DNA of 64,000 nucleotides from Candidatus Micrarchaeota archaeon (lineage in GTDB: Archaea; Micrarchaeota; Micrarchaeia; Micrarchaeales; CABMGC01): the NCBI GenBank assembly GCA_021810455.1, contig JAJZIU010000001.1:4613-68612 (forward strand). Reading direction: 5' to 3'. Position numbers and translations under genes: made by a program. This document shows positions 7,554 to 16,475 of the stretch, piece by piece. The notes below the pieces were generated by a model that did no database searches, was not told the origin of the DNA, and worked only from the letters and a program-made list of their open reading frames with translations. Position 1 is the first letter of the stretch; every line of letters starts with the position of its first letter.

Positions 7554-8336
7554 TCAATCACCTATAGCATGCTTTATACTACTTCTTAGTTCTGCTGATT
7601 TATTAAATGTCATGTCTATCATCTGGTCTAGTTCCTTTGGTGTGAAGGATCCCCCTAGTCCCTTTTGCATGGCCCGTATATACTTTTCATCATTTGCTAT
7701 TGTTAATCTGACATTTGAAAATGCCTCTTCGTTTCCATCAGGATCCAATAGTATGTGGCCTGCAACCTTTGCGAACGTGCATGATGTTGAGATGGCATTT
7801 ATTTTAAGTTTGCCCATGTTTTCTCTTACAACCTTCTCGTCTTCAAAGCGTGGCATCTTTGAAGTTGACAATGCAGCGATAGCCGCCAGCGTGCCAGCAT
7901 CAAATATATTGCCATCGTAATTTACAGCGTATATGTCTATGTAAGCATTCCACACCTTCTCTTCGTTTATGTAAAGGCTCTTGGTGTCAACAACGTTTGC
8001 CGCCCTTATACCACGATCAATTACACGGGATATCTCTATAGCTTCGGGAGTTGGTGGGCCTGGCTCATATTTATCTGATGCCATAGGGGATAATTCAGCT
8101 GATGTAATTATACTGCCTTCTTCGGGTTTATCTTTGAGTGGAGTTCCAACATCCACCTTAACTCCAGCTATTACAGTGGTATTACCCAAAGTTACTTCTG
8201 CAGATCCTTCCGCATTTGGCATATTTCCTGTTTTGATAGTTATGTTTCTGTATGTGAACGGACTCCTGCTATCGTCTCTCAGTCCATTTTTTAGCCTTTC
8301 GCGTATGTATTCTTCAGTTATTATTTTTGTATACAT
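7554..8336 (-). CDS. rrp42: Exosome complex component Rrp42 (RNase PH-like, non-catalytic)
   Basis: 260 aa. RNase PH fold pattern (R.DGR...e.R...i..g....a.GSA.v..G.T.V...V). Positioned directly after rrp41 with a 1-nt overlap, as in the canonical superoperon. Confidence 0.85.
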   Translation of the reverse strand: MYTKIITEEYIRERLKNGLRDDSRSPFTYRNITIKTGNMPNAEGSAEVTLGNTTVIAGVKVDVGTPLKDKPEEGSIITSAELSPMASDKYEPGPPTPEAIEISRVIDRGIRAANVVDTKSLYINEEKVWNAYIDIYAVNYDGNIFDAGTLAAIAALSTSKMPRFEDEKVVRENMGKLKINAISTSCTFAKVAGHILLDPDGNEEAFSNVRLTIANDEKYIRAMQKGLGGSFTPKELDQMIDMTFNKSAELRSSIKHAIGD

Positions 8337-9073
8337 TATAAGTACCTCTCTTCTATTTTTTCGTATGGCTTCTTCAGAGCGTCTATCTGCAACTGTGAGA
8401 TGTAACTGCCCGAGTTTATTATCATATTTAAAGCTGTGTCAAACTCATCCTTAGTAAGGTTGCCGTCCATCTGAAGAAGTGATACTTCTTTTTTTCTAGG
8501 ACATATTGCAACAGGTACATCGGCATCTGAATAATTGTCTTCTATCTTGTTAAGATCCAGGATTACCGTATCACCAACCTTGCCTGCAGAAACGGCATAA
8601 GGCAAATCGCGCATGGGTATGCCAGACGCGGCCAAAGCCACTGCAGCACAGGTTATTCCTGCAGCCCTCGTTCCACCATCACTTTGCATGACTTCTATAT
8701 ATATGTCTATTTCACTTCCAGGAAACTTATTCAGAAGTATGACATTTTCAAAAACCTCAGCAGTAACTTTTGAGATTTCGATTGCGCGCCTGTTCATGCC
8801 TGGTTTCCCGTGTTCTTCTACAGAAGAGAAAGGAGCCATAGTGTATCTACACTTTATAACTGCTTTCTCAGGATCTGAAGTGTGTTTTGGCAAAGCTTCC
8901 TTTGGCCCATAAACAGCAGCAAATATTTTATTTGCACCCCATTCTATGTACGCAGATCCAGCAGCATTCCTTATAGGATTTGCAACTATGCTTATAGGTC
9001 TTAGTTGATCCGCAGTCCTTCCGTCAATTCTTTTTCCATCAATCATTAATTCTACTTTGTCCATCTTCCTCAC
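8336..9073 (-). CDS. rrp41: Exosome complex exonuclease Rrp41 (RNase PH)
   Basis: 245 aa. RIDGRTADQLRPI....AAGSAYIEWGANKIFAAVYGP and MQSDGGTRAAGITCAAVALAASGIPMRD are RNase PH signatures. Confidence 0.9.
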   Translation of the reverse strand: MRKMDKVELMIDGKRIDGRTADQLRPISIVANPIRNAAGSAYIEWGANKIFAAVYGPKEALPKHTSDPEKAVIKCRYTMAPFSSVEEHGKPGMNRRAIEISKVTAEVFENVILLNKFPGSEIDIYIEVMQSDGGTRAAGITCAAVALAASGIPMRDLPYAVSAGKVGDTVILDLNKIEDNYSDADVPVAICPRKKEVSLLQMDGNLTKDEFDTALNMIINSGSYISQLQIDALKKPYEKIEERYL

Positions 9074-9672
9074 TGTGTTTTTTCTTTGAGCATCGATCCG
9101 ACTCTTTCCGTTAGTCCAGATATGTGAGCTTCTTCCTGTATTTTCACAAGTGCTTCTAGCACAAGATCAATTCTTCCGCCTTTTACCCATATGAGACCGT
9201 TCATTCCAACTTCTATACTTGATTTTGTGGCATCACTTATCTGATTGATCATCGTGTTTCCTTTTCCAAGTATTCTTGGAATCTTTGAAGGCTTTATATA
9301 AACCACTTTTCCACCCCCAAGCCTTCTTGCTCGGGCGAGAACCGCCATGCCAGTCTTATCAACATCTTTGACTATTGCTTCTACAATGTCACCGTTTGCC
9401 ATTATATCCTCGGTATATTTTGATATTATGATGCCTTTGTAGGGCGCCTGCAGATTTACTGTGTACGTATTGAGCTTTGCTTCGTCTATAATCCCTATCA
9501 CTTTCTCCCCTGGACGTGGATACCAAAGACCCTCTAGAGAAATAAGTGTCCCTTTTTCATCATCAAACACGCCCATAACAGTAGAACAGGTTTTCCCGTC
9601 TTCTATAATGCTTCCTTCCATTCTTAGTGGTCTGTCCGAGATTATTTCTCCCGGAACAACAATTTTTCGCAT
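9070..9672 (-). CDS. rrp4: Exosome RNA-binding subunit Rrp4 (S1 + KH), compact version
   Basis: 200 aa. N-terminal VVPGEII, an S1-like middle and a KH motif IPRILGKGNTMINQI...GMNGLIWV. Overlaps rrp41 by 4 nt. Shorter than my expectation for Rrp4 (>220 aa, from memory). Confidence 0.82.
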   Translation of the reverse strand: MRKIVVPGEIISDRPLRMEGSIIEDGKTCSTVMGVFDDEKGTLISLEGLWYPRPGEKVIGIIDEAKLNTYTVNLQAPYKGIIISKYTEDIMANGDIVEAIVKDVDKTGMAVLARARRLGGGKVVYIKPSKIPRILGKGNTMINQISDATKSSIEVGMNGLIWVKGGRIDLVLEALVKIQEEAHISGLTERVGSMLKEKTQ

Positions 9673-9676
9673 AATG

Positions 9677-10360
9677 TTACACCATTTCTTTGACTATTGC
9701 TTCGCCCTTCGTAAGATTGTTTATCTTTTCGAAAAATTCAATCTTTAAGCCCGCTGGAAACTCCAGCTTAACTTTCAGAGAGCCGTTAGAAAGCCATTCT
9801 TCAGACTTCAGACCGTACTGCTTAAGCATTCCATAACACCTGTTCGCATACTGCGCAGGTATTTCTGCTTCAAGCTTCTCTGTTGTGAACTTTAAGGGTA
9901 GTATCATATTTATCTTCTTGATTATTAGCTCTGTCTGTTCAGAAGCGCTCTTGAAAGGATCTATTTGGACCTTCGCTTCTGTCAATGCATTCTCTATTCT
10001 TTGTACAGTGTGAGGTGCGTTGGTCCTTGGATCTATGGAGTTCCTAGCTATTATTTCCACTATTTGCTTTCTTTTTTCAATTACAAGCTTGTTTCTTTGT
10101 TCAGTAGTTATAGGAACTTCACCATGTTTGAGTATGATTTCAGCTATTTTGACTATATCGGTTGTATTAAAAACTTTCTTTATTTTATCCTGACTGTGCC
10201 TTTCCCCCTTGTTTACATCTTTGAAGATTTCTTCGGATTGAAGAGCGGCCATAGGGTCCTTTCTTTTTCCAGTAATGTAATCGTATGCTAGATCTGAATC
10301 AACGAGTATCTCGAATGTTTCTCCACCATGAGAGTATTTTGCTATTACCGTCTTTGACAT
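9677..10360 (-). CDS. SBDS-family ribosome maturation protein
   Basis: MSKTVIAKYSHGGETFEILVDSDLAYDY... is the FYSH-domain N-terminus of archaeal SBDS. The track start at 10438 would overlap psmA by 53 nt, so ATG 10360 is preferred. Confidence 0.85.
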   Translation of the reverse strand: MSKTVIAKYSHGGETFEILVDSDLAYDYITGKRKDPMAALQSEEIFKDVNKGERHSQDKIKKVFNTTDIVKIAEIILKHGEVPITTEQRNKLVIEKRKQIVEIIARNSIDPRTNAPHTVQRIENALTEAKVQIDPFKSASEQTELIIKKINMILPLKFTTEKLEAEIPAQYANRCYGMLKQYGLKSEEWLSNGSLKVKLEFPAGLKIEFFEKINNLTKGEAIVKEMV

Positions 10361-10385
10361 AAAAACCAACAGATGAGGGGCGCTG

Positions 10386-11081
10386 TCATAAGAATTTAAG
10401 CAGCTCCTCCTGCTCCATAAGATGGTAGTCTTCACCATCTCTTATGTAACCTATATCCAAATTTTGTACGCTGAGCTTTTCTTCACCTATTTTTCTCAGA
10501 ATCTTTACACCAAGCGTTATTGCTTCTTCTGTATCAAGATTATCTTTGTACTCTTTAACAAGAATGTCTGTTGCGGTTTTCTTTCCAACGCCTATGGCAT
10601 CAGCTTTGTATCCTAGGAATGAAGCACCTGGTTCTATCTCGAACAGTTTGGGGCCGTTATCCATTCCTCCAAGAAGGAGAGATACTGCATACGGCCTGAG
10701 ACCACCATACTGTGTAGCTTGCATCATGTAAGAAGAAATTTCGCTTGACAGTGACTCTATCGACTTCGTATCTTCATAAACAAGTTTGTGATTTTGAGCT
10801 CTTGATCTAGCTACATCAACTATGTGCAACCCATCGGCAACCATACCGCTATAGGTAGCAGCTATGTGAGCATCAACCCTAAACACCTTTTGTATTGTTG
10901 AAGGTATTGCGAGGGGTTCTGTGACGTTTTTGTGCGCTATAAACACTACACTGTCTCTTGTTATCATTCCTATTGAAGTAGCACCTTTTCTCACTGCTTC
11001 CTTTGCGTATTCTACCTGAAAGAGCCTTCCGTCAGGGTTAAACATTACGCCCCTATCATATGCTTGAACATTGGGATACAT
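10386..11081 (-). CDS. psmA: Proteasome subunit alpha
   Basis: 231 aa. YDRGVMFNPDGRLFQVEYAKEAVRKGATSIGM is the alpha-subunit N-terminal signature. Confidence 0.92.
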   Translation of the reverse strand: MYPNVQAYDRGVMFNPDGRLFQVEYAKEAVRKGATSIGMITRDSVVFIAHKNVTEPLAIPSTIQKVFRVDAHIAATYSGMVADGLHIVDVARSRAQNHKLVYEDTKSIESLSSEISSYMMQATQYGGLRPYAVSLLLGGMDNGPKLFEIEPGASFLGYKADAIGVGKKTATDILVKEYKDNLDTEEAITLGVKILRKIGEEKLSVQNLDIGYIRDGEDYHLMEQEELLKFL

Positions 11082-11293
11082 ACATACACCATATTTGAGT
11101 AGTTAGATGGTAGTATATTGCAAGCAAAGTTTATAAAAGAGTGCCAATGGTTATTCAATTACGCGCCAAGAGCTTGCGAGTTACATGCCACGAGCCAATA
11201 TCATATTACTGGTTTAGATTTTTGTAGCTGGTACTCACATTGTGTGCCAAATAGTTATTAAGACTGAAGGGTTAATTCTATAGGTGCGGTTTT

Positions 11294-12082
11294 ATGGAAT
11301 CAACATCCACTAATAGTGCACCTAACTTTGTACATCCGTCAATACTAAAAGTCGTAGAACAAAAGAAAAGAATACGTGAAAAGCTGTCAGGAATAAAGCA
11401 TAAGGTAGGCGTATTCAGCGCAAAGGGAGGTGTTGGCAAGACAACAACTTCAGTTAACATAGCTTTTACCCTTAGCAGTATGGGTTATAAAGTTGGCTTG
11501 CTTGATGCTGACATAGATTGCCCAAACGTATGCATGTTCCTTGGAATAAATGATGTCATCGATATGGAATATCCGTTAGTGCCCATTGAAAAGGACGGTG
11601 TTAAGGTACTATCAACAGCGATGTATGTGGATGATAATAAAAAACCAATAATATGGAGAGGGCCTATGATAGGAAAGATGGTAAGCGAATTTCTCGAAAA
11701 CTCGGAGTGGGGGGAATTAGACTATTTAATAATAGACATGCCACCAAACACAAGCGATGCGCCATTGTCGATAATACAACTTTTGGATCTTGATGGATTT
11801 ATCTTGGTTACAACCCCACAGCACATATCGGCAGTTAACACAATAAGATCCGGAATGATGGCAAGAAGGCTTGGGGTTGCAGTTCTCGGAGTTATTGAGA
11901 ATATGTCTGGAGATAAGCCCGTTGGAGGAGAAGAAGTTTCCAAAAGCTTAGGATGTGAGCTGTTAGGTACTATTAAGACCAGGACGGAGATCGGAGAGTT
12001 TAGTGACAGAGGAGTGGTTCCGGTTTTAGAAGATCATAGTATAAGAGATAATTATGCAAATATTGTGAAGAGGTTATTCTGA
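11294..12082 (+). CDS. Mrp/NBP35-family P-loop ATPase (Fe-S cluster carrier / ParA-like)
   Basis: 262 aa. Deviant Walker A VFSAKGGVGKTTTSVN, then DADIDCPN and LIIDMPP. The stop overlaps the cdc6 ATG by 1 nt (TGATG). Confidence 0.85.
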   Translation: MESTSTNSAPNFVHPSILKVVEQKKRIREKLSGIKHKVGVFSAKGGVGKTTTSVNIAFTLSSMGYKVGLLDADIDCPNVCMFLGINDVIDMEYPLVPIEKDGVKVLSTAMYVDDNKKPIIWRGPMIGKMVSEFLENSEWGELDYLIIDMPPNTSDAPLSIIQLLDLDGFILVTTPQHISAVNTIRSGMMARRLGVAVLGVIENMSGDKPVGGEEVSKSLGCELLGTIKTRTEIGEFSDRGVVPVLEDHSIRDNYANIVKRLF

Positions 12083-13293
12083 TGGAAGGGCATTTTGACG
12101 AGCTATTCAAGGAATCTCACATTTTTGCAAATAGAGAAGTTTTATCTCCGCATTACATACCACAGCGCCTGCTTTTTAGAGATAAACAAATATCAGAGAT
12201 TGAAAAAGCGCTGACACCCTCACTAAGAGGAGAGCGTGGCAGGAACGTTTTCGTATACGGGAAGACAGGTACTGGAAAAACATCCTGTGTTAGATGGGTT
12301 ATAGAACGAGTTAAGGAACTGCCGATAATAAAGGCAAGAATCTCTTATGTGAACTGCAGAATCTACAACTCGAGATACAGAGTTCTCAATAAAATAGCAA
12401 GCGACCACATGCCGATTTATGCAAAACGTGGATATGGAGTCATTGACATTTATGAAAAGATGGTGAGCTGGATAGAGGAAGATGGTAAGATACTGATAGT
12501 CGTGCTTGACGAAGTGGACATAGTAAGGGATCTTGACGATCTTATTTACACTCTGACAAGAGCAAATAGTGATATTAAATCAGGAGGAATAACAATTATC
12601 GGAGTTTCTAATAAGGTTAATTTTAAGGAGATTCTTGATCCGAGAAGTTTGTCCACGCTTTATGAGAATGAATTGGTTTTTCCTCCTTACAATTCACCAG
12701 AACTTGCATCGATATTGAAAGAGAGAATAGGAGAAGGATTCAAGAAGGGAGTTATAGACGACGCCGCAGCAAATCTTGCTGCGGCTATAGCTGCCAAGGA
12801 AAGTGGCGATGCAAGACTTGCTTTGAAGATAATATCCAAGGCTGGAGAGATAGTAGAGGAAGGAAACAGAAATCACGTGAGTATTAATGATGTTGAAGAA
12901 GCCGCAAAGTATGCTGAAGAAGAAGTTGCTTATGAATTGATAAACACTCTTCCTGAAAACCAGAAGCTGGTGGTTTATGCTCTCGCAATAATGTCTTTGC
13001 AAGGCAGCAAATACAAGAGACTTGACGAGGGAAGCGATAGTTACATGTTGAGTGGAGAGATATATAACAGATATTGTTCTGTTGCAGAATCCCTACATAG
13101 AGAAGTGAAAAGTTCAAGACTGTACAGAAAGTTCATATCGGATTTGGAAATGCAGGGCATAGTTACTTCTTATGAATCTGGAAAGGGGATAAGAGGCCAT
13201 ACAAAACTGATAAAACTGATTTATAGACCAGACAAAGTAAAAGATATTATAGAGAAGGGGCTTGCGAAAGAAAGTGAAGCTGAGACAACTTAA
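12082..13293 (+). CDS. cdc6: Orc1/Cdc6 replication initiator
   Basis: 403 aa. LSPHYIPQRLLFRDKQI, Walker A YGKTGTGKTS, Walker B VVLDEVD, sensor GDARLALKI, and a C-terminal winged helix. Confidence 0.92.
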   Translation: MEGHFDELFKESHIFANREVLSPHYIPQRLLFRDKQISEIEKALTPSLRGERGRNVFVYGKTGTGKTSCVRWVIERVKELPIIKARISYVNCRIYNSRYRVLNKIASDHMPIYAKRGYGVIDIYEKMVSWIEEDGKILIVVLDEVDIVRDLDDLIYTLTRANSDIKSGGITIIGVSNKVNFKEILDPRSLSTLYENELVFPPYNSPELASILKERIGEGFKKGVIDDAAANLAAAIAAKESGDARLALKIISKAGEIVEEGNRNHVSINDVEEAAKYAEEEVAYELINTLPENQKLVVYALAIMSLQGSKYKRLDEGSDSYMLSGEIYNRYCSVAESLHREVKSSRLYRKFISDLEMQGIVTSYESGKGIRGHTKLIKLIYRPDKVKDIIEKGLAKESEAETT

Positions 13294-13302
13294 GGTGCAG
13301 AT

Positions 13303-14484
13303 ATGAAGATTGCTATAATATCAGATATGCACATAGGTTACGAACGATTTAGAAGTGATGCTTACGCACAGGCTTCTGAGGCGCTTGTCTCTGCTTCAAA
13401 AGTTTCAGACGCCATAATAATACCTGGGGATATTTTTGATTTTAGACATCCAAAACCAGACGTTATAGCAGAGGCGATGGGACTTTTTAGAGAATTACCT
13501 GTGGAAAATTTGAGTGCGCGTGTTGTTGAGTACGATGGTTTGAGGAAAACCTATACTAAACTACCGATCATAGCAATACCAGGAACCCATGAAAGACGGG
13601 CCGATGGAGATACGGATCCTGTTGACTTGCTAACCCTTGCAGGACTTGTTGTTAATGTTAACCAAGGGAGAGCAATAATAGAAAAGGATGGAGAAAGAGT
13701 TGCCATCTATGGGGTGGGAGGAGTTGCAGAAGAAAGATTCAGGGAGACTCTGAACAGACTTAACCCGACACCACTTGATGGCTTATTCAATATATTCATG
13801 TTTCATCAATCGGTTTATGAATTGTTACCTTTTAGCAATGATTTTGTCCGTATTGAAGAACTTCCGAAAGGCTTTGACCTATACGTTGATGGGCACATAC
13901 ACAATAAGGTAGAAATGAAATGTCATGGTAAAGATTTTTTAATACCTGGAAGCACTGTCCTAACACAACTTAAAGATGCAGAGCAAGAAGGTAAAGGTTT
14001 TTTTGTTTATGATACAGGAAGATTTACCCATTCGTTCGAAGAAATAAAATCAAGGAAGTTCTTTAATGTGAAATTAAAAATAGACGGTAAGGAACCTAAT
14101 GAGATAAACGAGACAATGGAAAACGAAATTGTTAGGATTAAAGATCTCGAAAAGAATCCCATAATAAGATTTGAACTTAGTGGGGATTTAAAGCAGGGAT
14201 TCAAGAATATAGACATCGAATCAAGGCCCCATAAAGATGATAAAGAGATTATAGTCGAGGTATCAAAATCCAGATTGAATAACGGAGCCCAGAAAGATGT
14301 TGAGGTACAGGAAGGAATTTCAAACAACATATCAATAAGGGATTTCGGCATGAGTGTATTTATTTCAAAACTCAAGGATAGTGGTTATGCGCTATCCGAT
14401 CCAATTTCCTTGTTTGATATACTTAGCTCTGAAGACAAAAAGGAGAACGTACTGCGCAAGGCTGTTGATTCAGTCTTAGACTAA
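13303..14484 (+). CDS. Mre11/SbcD-family metallophosphoesterase (no adjacent Rad50)
   Basis: 393 aa. Phosphoesterase motifs start at the N-terminus: SDMHIG (I), GDIFD (II), GTHE in place of GNHD (III), FMFHQ (IV), GHIHN (V). This architecture fits Mre11 rather than PolD-DP1. Confidence 0.6.
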   Translation: MKIAIISDMHIGYERFRSDAYAQASEALVSASKVSDAIIIPGDIFDFRHPKPDVIAEAMGLFRELPVENLSARVVEYDGLRKTYTKLPIIAIPGTHERRADGDTDPVDLLTLAGLVVNVNQGRAIIEKDGERVAIYGVGGVAEERFRETLNRLNPTPLDGLFNIFMFHQSVYELLPFSNDFVRIEELPKGFDLYVDGHIHNKVEMKCHGKDFLIPGSTVLTQLKDAEQEGKGFFVYDTGRFTHSFEEIKSRKFFNVKLKIDGKEPNEINETMENEIVRIKDLEKNPIIRFELSGDLKQGFKNIDIESRPHKDDKEIIVEVSKSRLNNGAQKDVEVQEGISNNISIRDFGMSVFISKLKDSGYALSDPISLFDILSSEDKKENVLRKAVDSVLD

Positions 14485-15864
14485 AGACACTATTTTTCTT
14501 TTATACATATGATACTTTAGGAGTGCCTCGAGTGATGAGGCAGCAGCTGTTGGCGAATCGTAAACAGGAAGACCAGCACTTTCCATCATTATCTTATGCA
14601 TTTGAGTGTAAGATGTCCCAATGCTTATAACTATCATTGGTTTTTTTATTGATTCCTTCATACGGATAAGCTGTGATGCGACTTTAGAATCTGCTCCAGG
14701 AGTTTGAAATAGCACTATAACTATAACCATATCTATGTTTTCATCCTCAGATATTGCAGCGAGGGCGCTGCCGTATCTTTTGTCGTCAGCATCTCCGGCG
14801 AGATCGAGAGGGTTCCTGAGATTTACAAGTGGTGGCATTGATTTCTTGAGTTTGTTTATAGTTTGATTTCCGAGTTTTGCAAGTTTCAAATTAGGAGATA
14901 AAGAAATGGCATCTGCAGTGAGTACACCGGCACCACCACCATTTGTAACTATTGCGATTCTGTTTCCGCTAGGTTCTGGTTCTGAGTCTAGGATCTTTGC
15001 GTAGTATAGAAGTTCACTTATATCGTTTGCTATAGTGAACCCGAATTGTCTGAACAATGCCTCATGAGTTTCGTAGTCTCCAGCCAGTGTTGCGGTGTGA
15101 GAATGTGCTGCTTCTATACCGGCAGAAGTTCGACCTGCCTTAAGCACTACTACCGGTTTTATTTTTGTCACTTTCTTTGCTATGTCTATAAATCCTTTTC
15201 CATCACTTATACCTTCGATATAAGCAACTATTACATTAGTGTCCTTATCGTTCATTAGATAGTTTAGTATGTCAATCTCGTTGACATGAGCAGCATTTCC
15301 ATAAGATATGAACTTTGAAAGACCAAACCCTTCTCCAGATATCATGTCTAGTATCGTGCTGCCTACAGCGCCGCTTTGTGCCATAAAACTAACGCCGCCT
15401 ATTTGAGGTCTGCTTAATTTGTATGTAGGTAGGAAAAGCGTATCTATCCTTGATCTGGGATCCATAACACCAAGGCAGTTTGGTCCAAGAGTTGGCATAT
15501 TATACTTTGTCGCTATTTCAGCGAGTTGATCTTGCAGTTCTTTGTTGCCAACTTCAGCAAATCCACCACTCACCACCACAGTAGATTTGACACCCGCTTT
15601 ACCACACTCTTCTAGTACCGATGGCACTATTTGAGCTGGAACTGCTATCACTGCCAGATCTATTGAATCTTTTATTTTTGAAATGCTGGAGTAAGATTGT
15701 AGTCCCATCACCGTGTCGGCATTTTTGTTTACGGGATATAATCTTCCAGAGTATCCTGCATTTATGTAGTTTTGTAGTATGATGTGACCAACTTTTTCAG
15801 GATCCCGTGATGCGCCTATTATGGCCACGCTTCTAGGGTTTAACATACGTGTAAGATCTTTCAT
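14476..15864 (-). CDS. acdA: ADP-forming acetyl-CoA synthetase, alpha subunit
   Basis: 462 aa. CoA-binding SVAIIGASRDPEKVGH, then GPNCLGV, and a phosphohistidine segment AAHSHTATLAG. The 3' end overlaps the convergent Mre11-like gene by 9 nt. Confidence 0.85.
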   Translation of the reverse strand: MKDLTRMLNPRSVAIIGASRDPEKVGHIILQNYINAGYSGRLYPVNKNADTVMGLQSYSSISKIKDSIDLAVIAVPAQIVPSVLEECGKAGVKSTVVVSGGFAEVGNKELQDQLAEIATKYNMPTLGPNCLGVMDPRSRIDTLFLPTYKLSRPQIGGVSFMAQSGAVGSTILDMISGEGFGLSKFISYGNAAHVNEIDILNYLMNDKDTNVIVAYIEGISDGKGFIDIAKKVTKIKPVVVLKAGRTSAGIEAAHSHTATLAGDYETHEALFRQFGFTIANDISELLYYAKILDSEPEPSGNRIAIVTNGGGAGVLTADAISLSPNLKLAKLGNQTINKLKKSMPPLVNLRNPLDLAGDADDKRYGSALAAISEDENIDMVIVIVLFQTPGADSKVASQLIRMKESIKKPMIVISIGTSYTQMHKIMMESAGLPVYDSPTAAASSLEALLKYHMYKRKIVSLV

Positions 15865-16475
15865 TGTATCATCCTTATATCAACTACATCGTAGTCTTTT
15901 TCTCTTATTATTATAGGGTTGAGATCAAGTTCTGTGAGTTTTTTATCAGAGGCAAACATTTTGGAAGTTTTTATTAAAAGTTCGGTTATCATCTTTGTTG
16001 AAGAACCGTTGTGTGTTATGACGTTTTTTGATTTCAACTGGTCCACCATGCTCAATGCATCATAATCGCTTATAGGCACTATACGCAGTGCGACATCTTT
16101 GAAAGTTTCTACATATATCCCTCCAAGCCCGATCATAAGCACCTTTCCGAATTGCTTGTCTACGCGTGCCCCTATTATTATTTCTATTCCAGAATTCGCC
16201 ATTTTCTGTGCGATTATCTTGTATGGTTTTAATTGCTTGCCCTTAGTTTCAAGATAATCGAATGCCTTACTTATTTCATCGCTTTTCAAATTCAGTTTTA
16301 CCAATCCGGCCTTGGTCTTGTGAAGAGCCTTTTCGCTTAGCAGTTTTAGCACTATGGCATCCTTGCCTGCAAAGTCGAGCGCTTCTTTTCGTGTAGATAC
16401 GTACTTGCTTTCGATGCTCTTTATTCCGTATTTTTTTAACGTGGATTTTGCTTGCATATAGTCTACTAGGATCAA
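15861..16475 (-). CDS. acdB: ADP-forming acetyl-CoA synthetase, beta subunit (ATP-grasp)
   Basis: 204 aa. ATP-grasp_5-like pattern (YGI......v.s..ea...a......VvlKl.s....HKt..GlV.L.l). 4-nt overlap with acdA. Confidence 0.78.
   Translation of the reverse strand: MILVDYMQAKSTLKKYGIKSIESKYVSTRKEALDFAGKDAIVLKLLSEKALHKTKAGLVKLNLKSDEISKAFDYLETKGKQLKPYKIIAQKMANSGIEIIIGARVDKQFGKVLMIGLGGIYVETFKDVALRIVPISDYDALSMVDQLKSKNVITHNGSSTKMITELLIKTSKMFASDKKLTELDLNPIIIREKDYDVVDIRMIQ

Noticed and set aside
7369-7920. 183-aa plus-strand ORF
   Set aside because: It lies entirely antisense to the well-supported L37Ae and Rrp42 genes. It is rich in Leu/Ser/Phe, typical of shadow ORFs in A/T-rich DNA. The same reasoning applies to 7981-8454, 8613-8912, 9461-9748 and 9965-10291.
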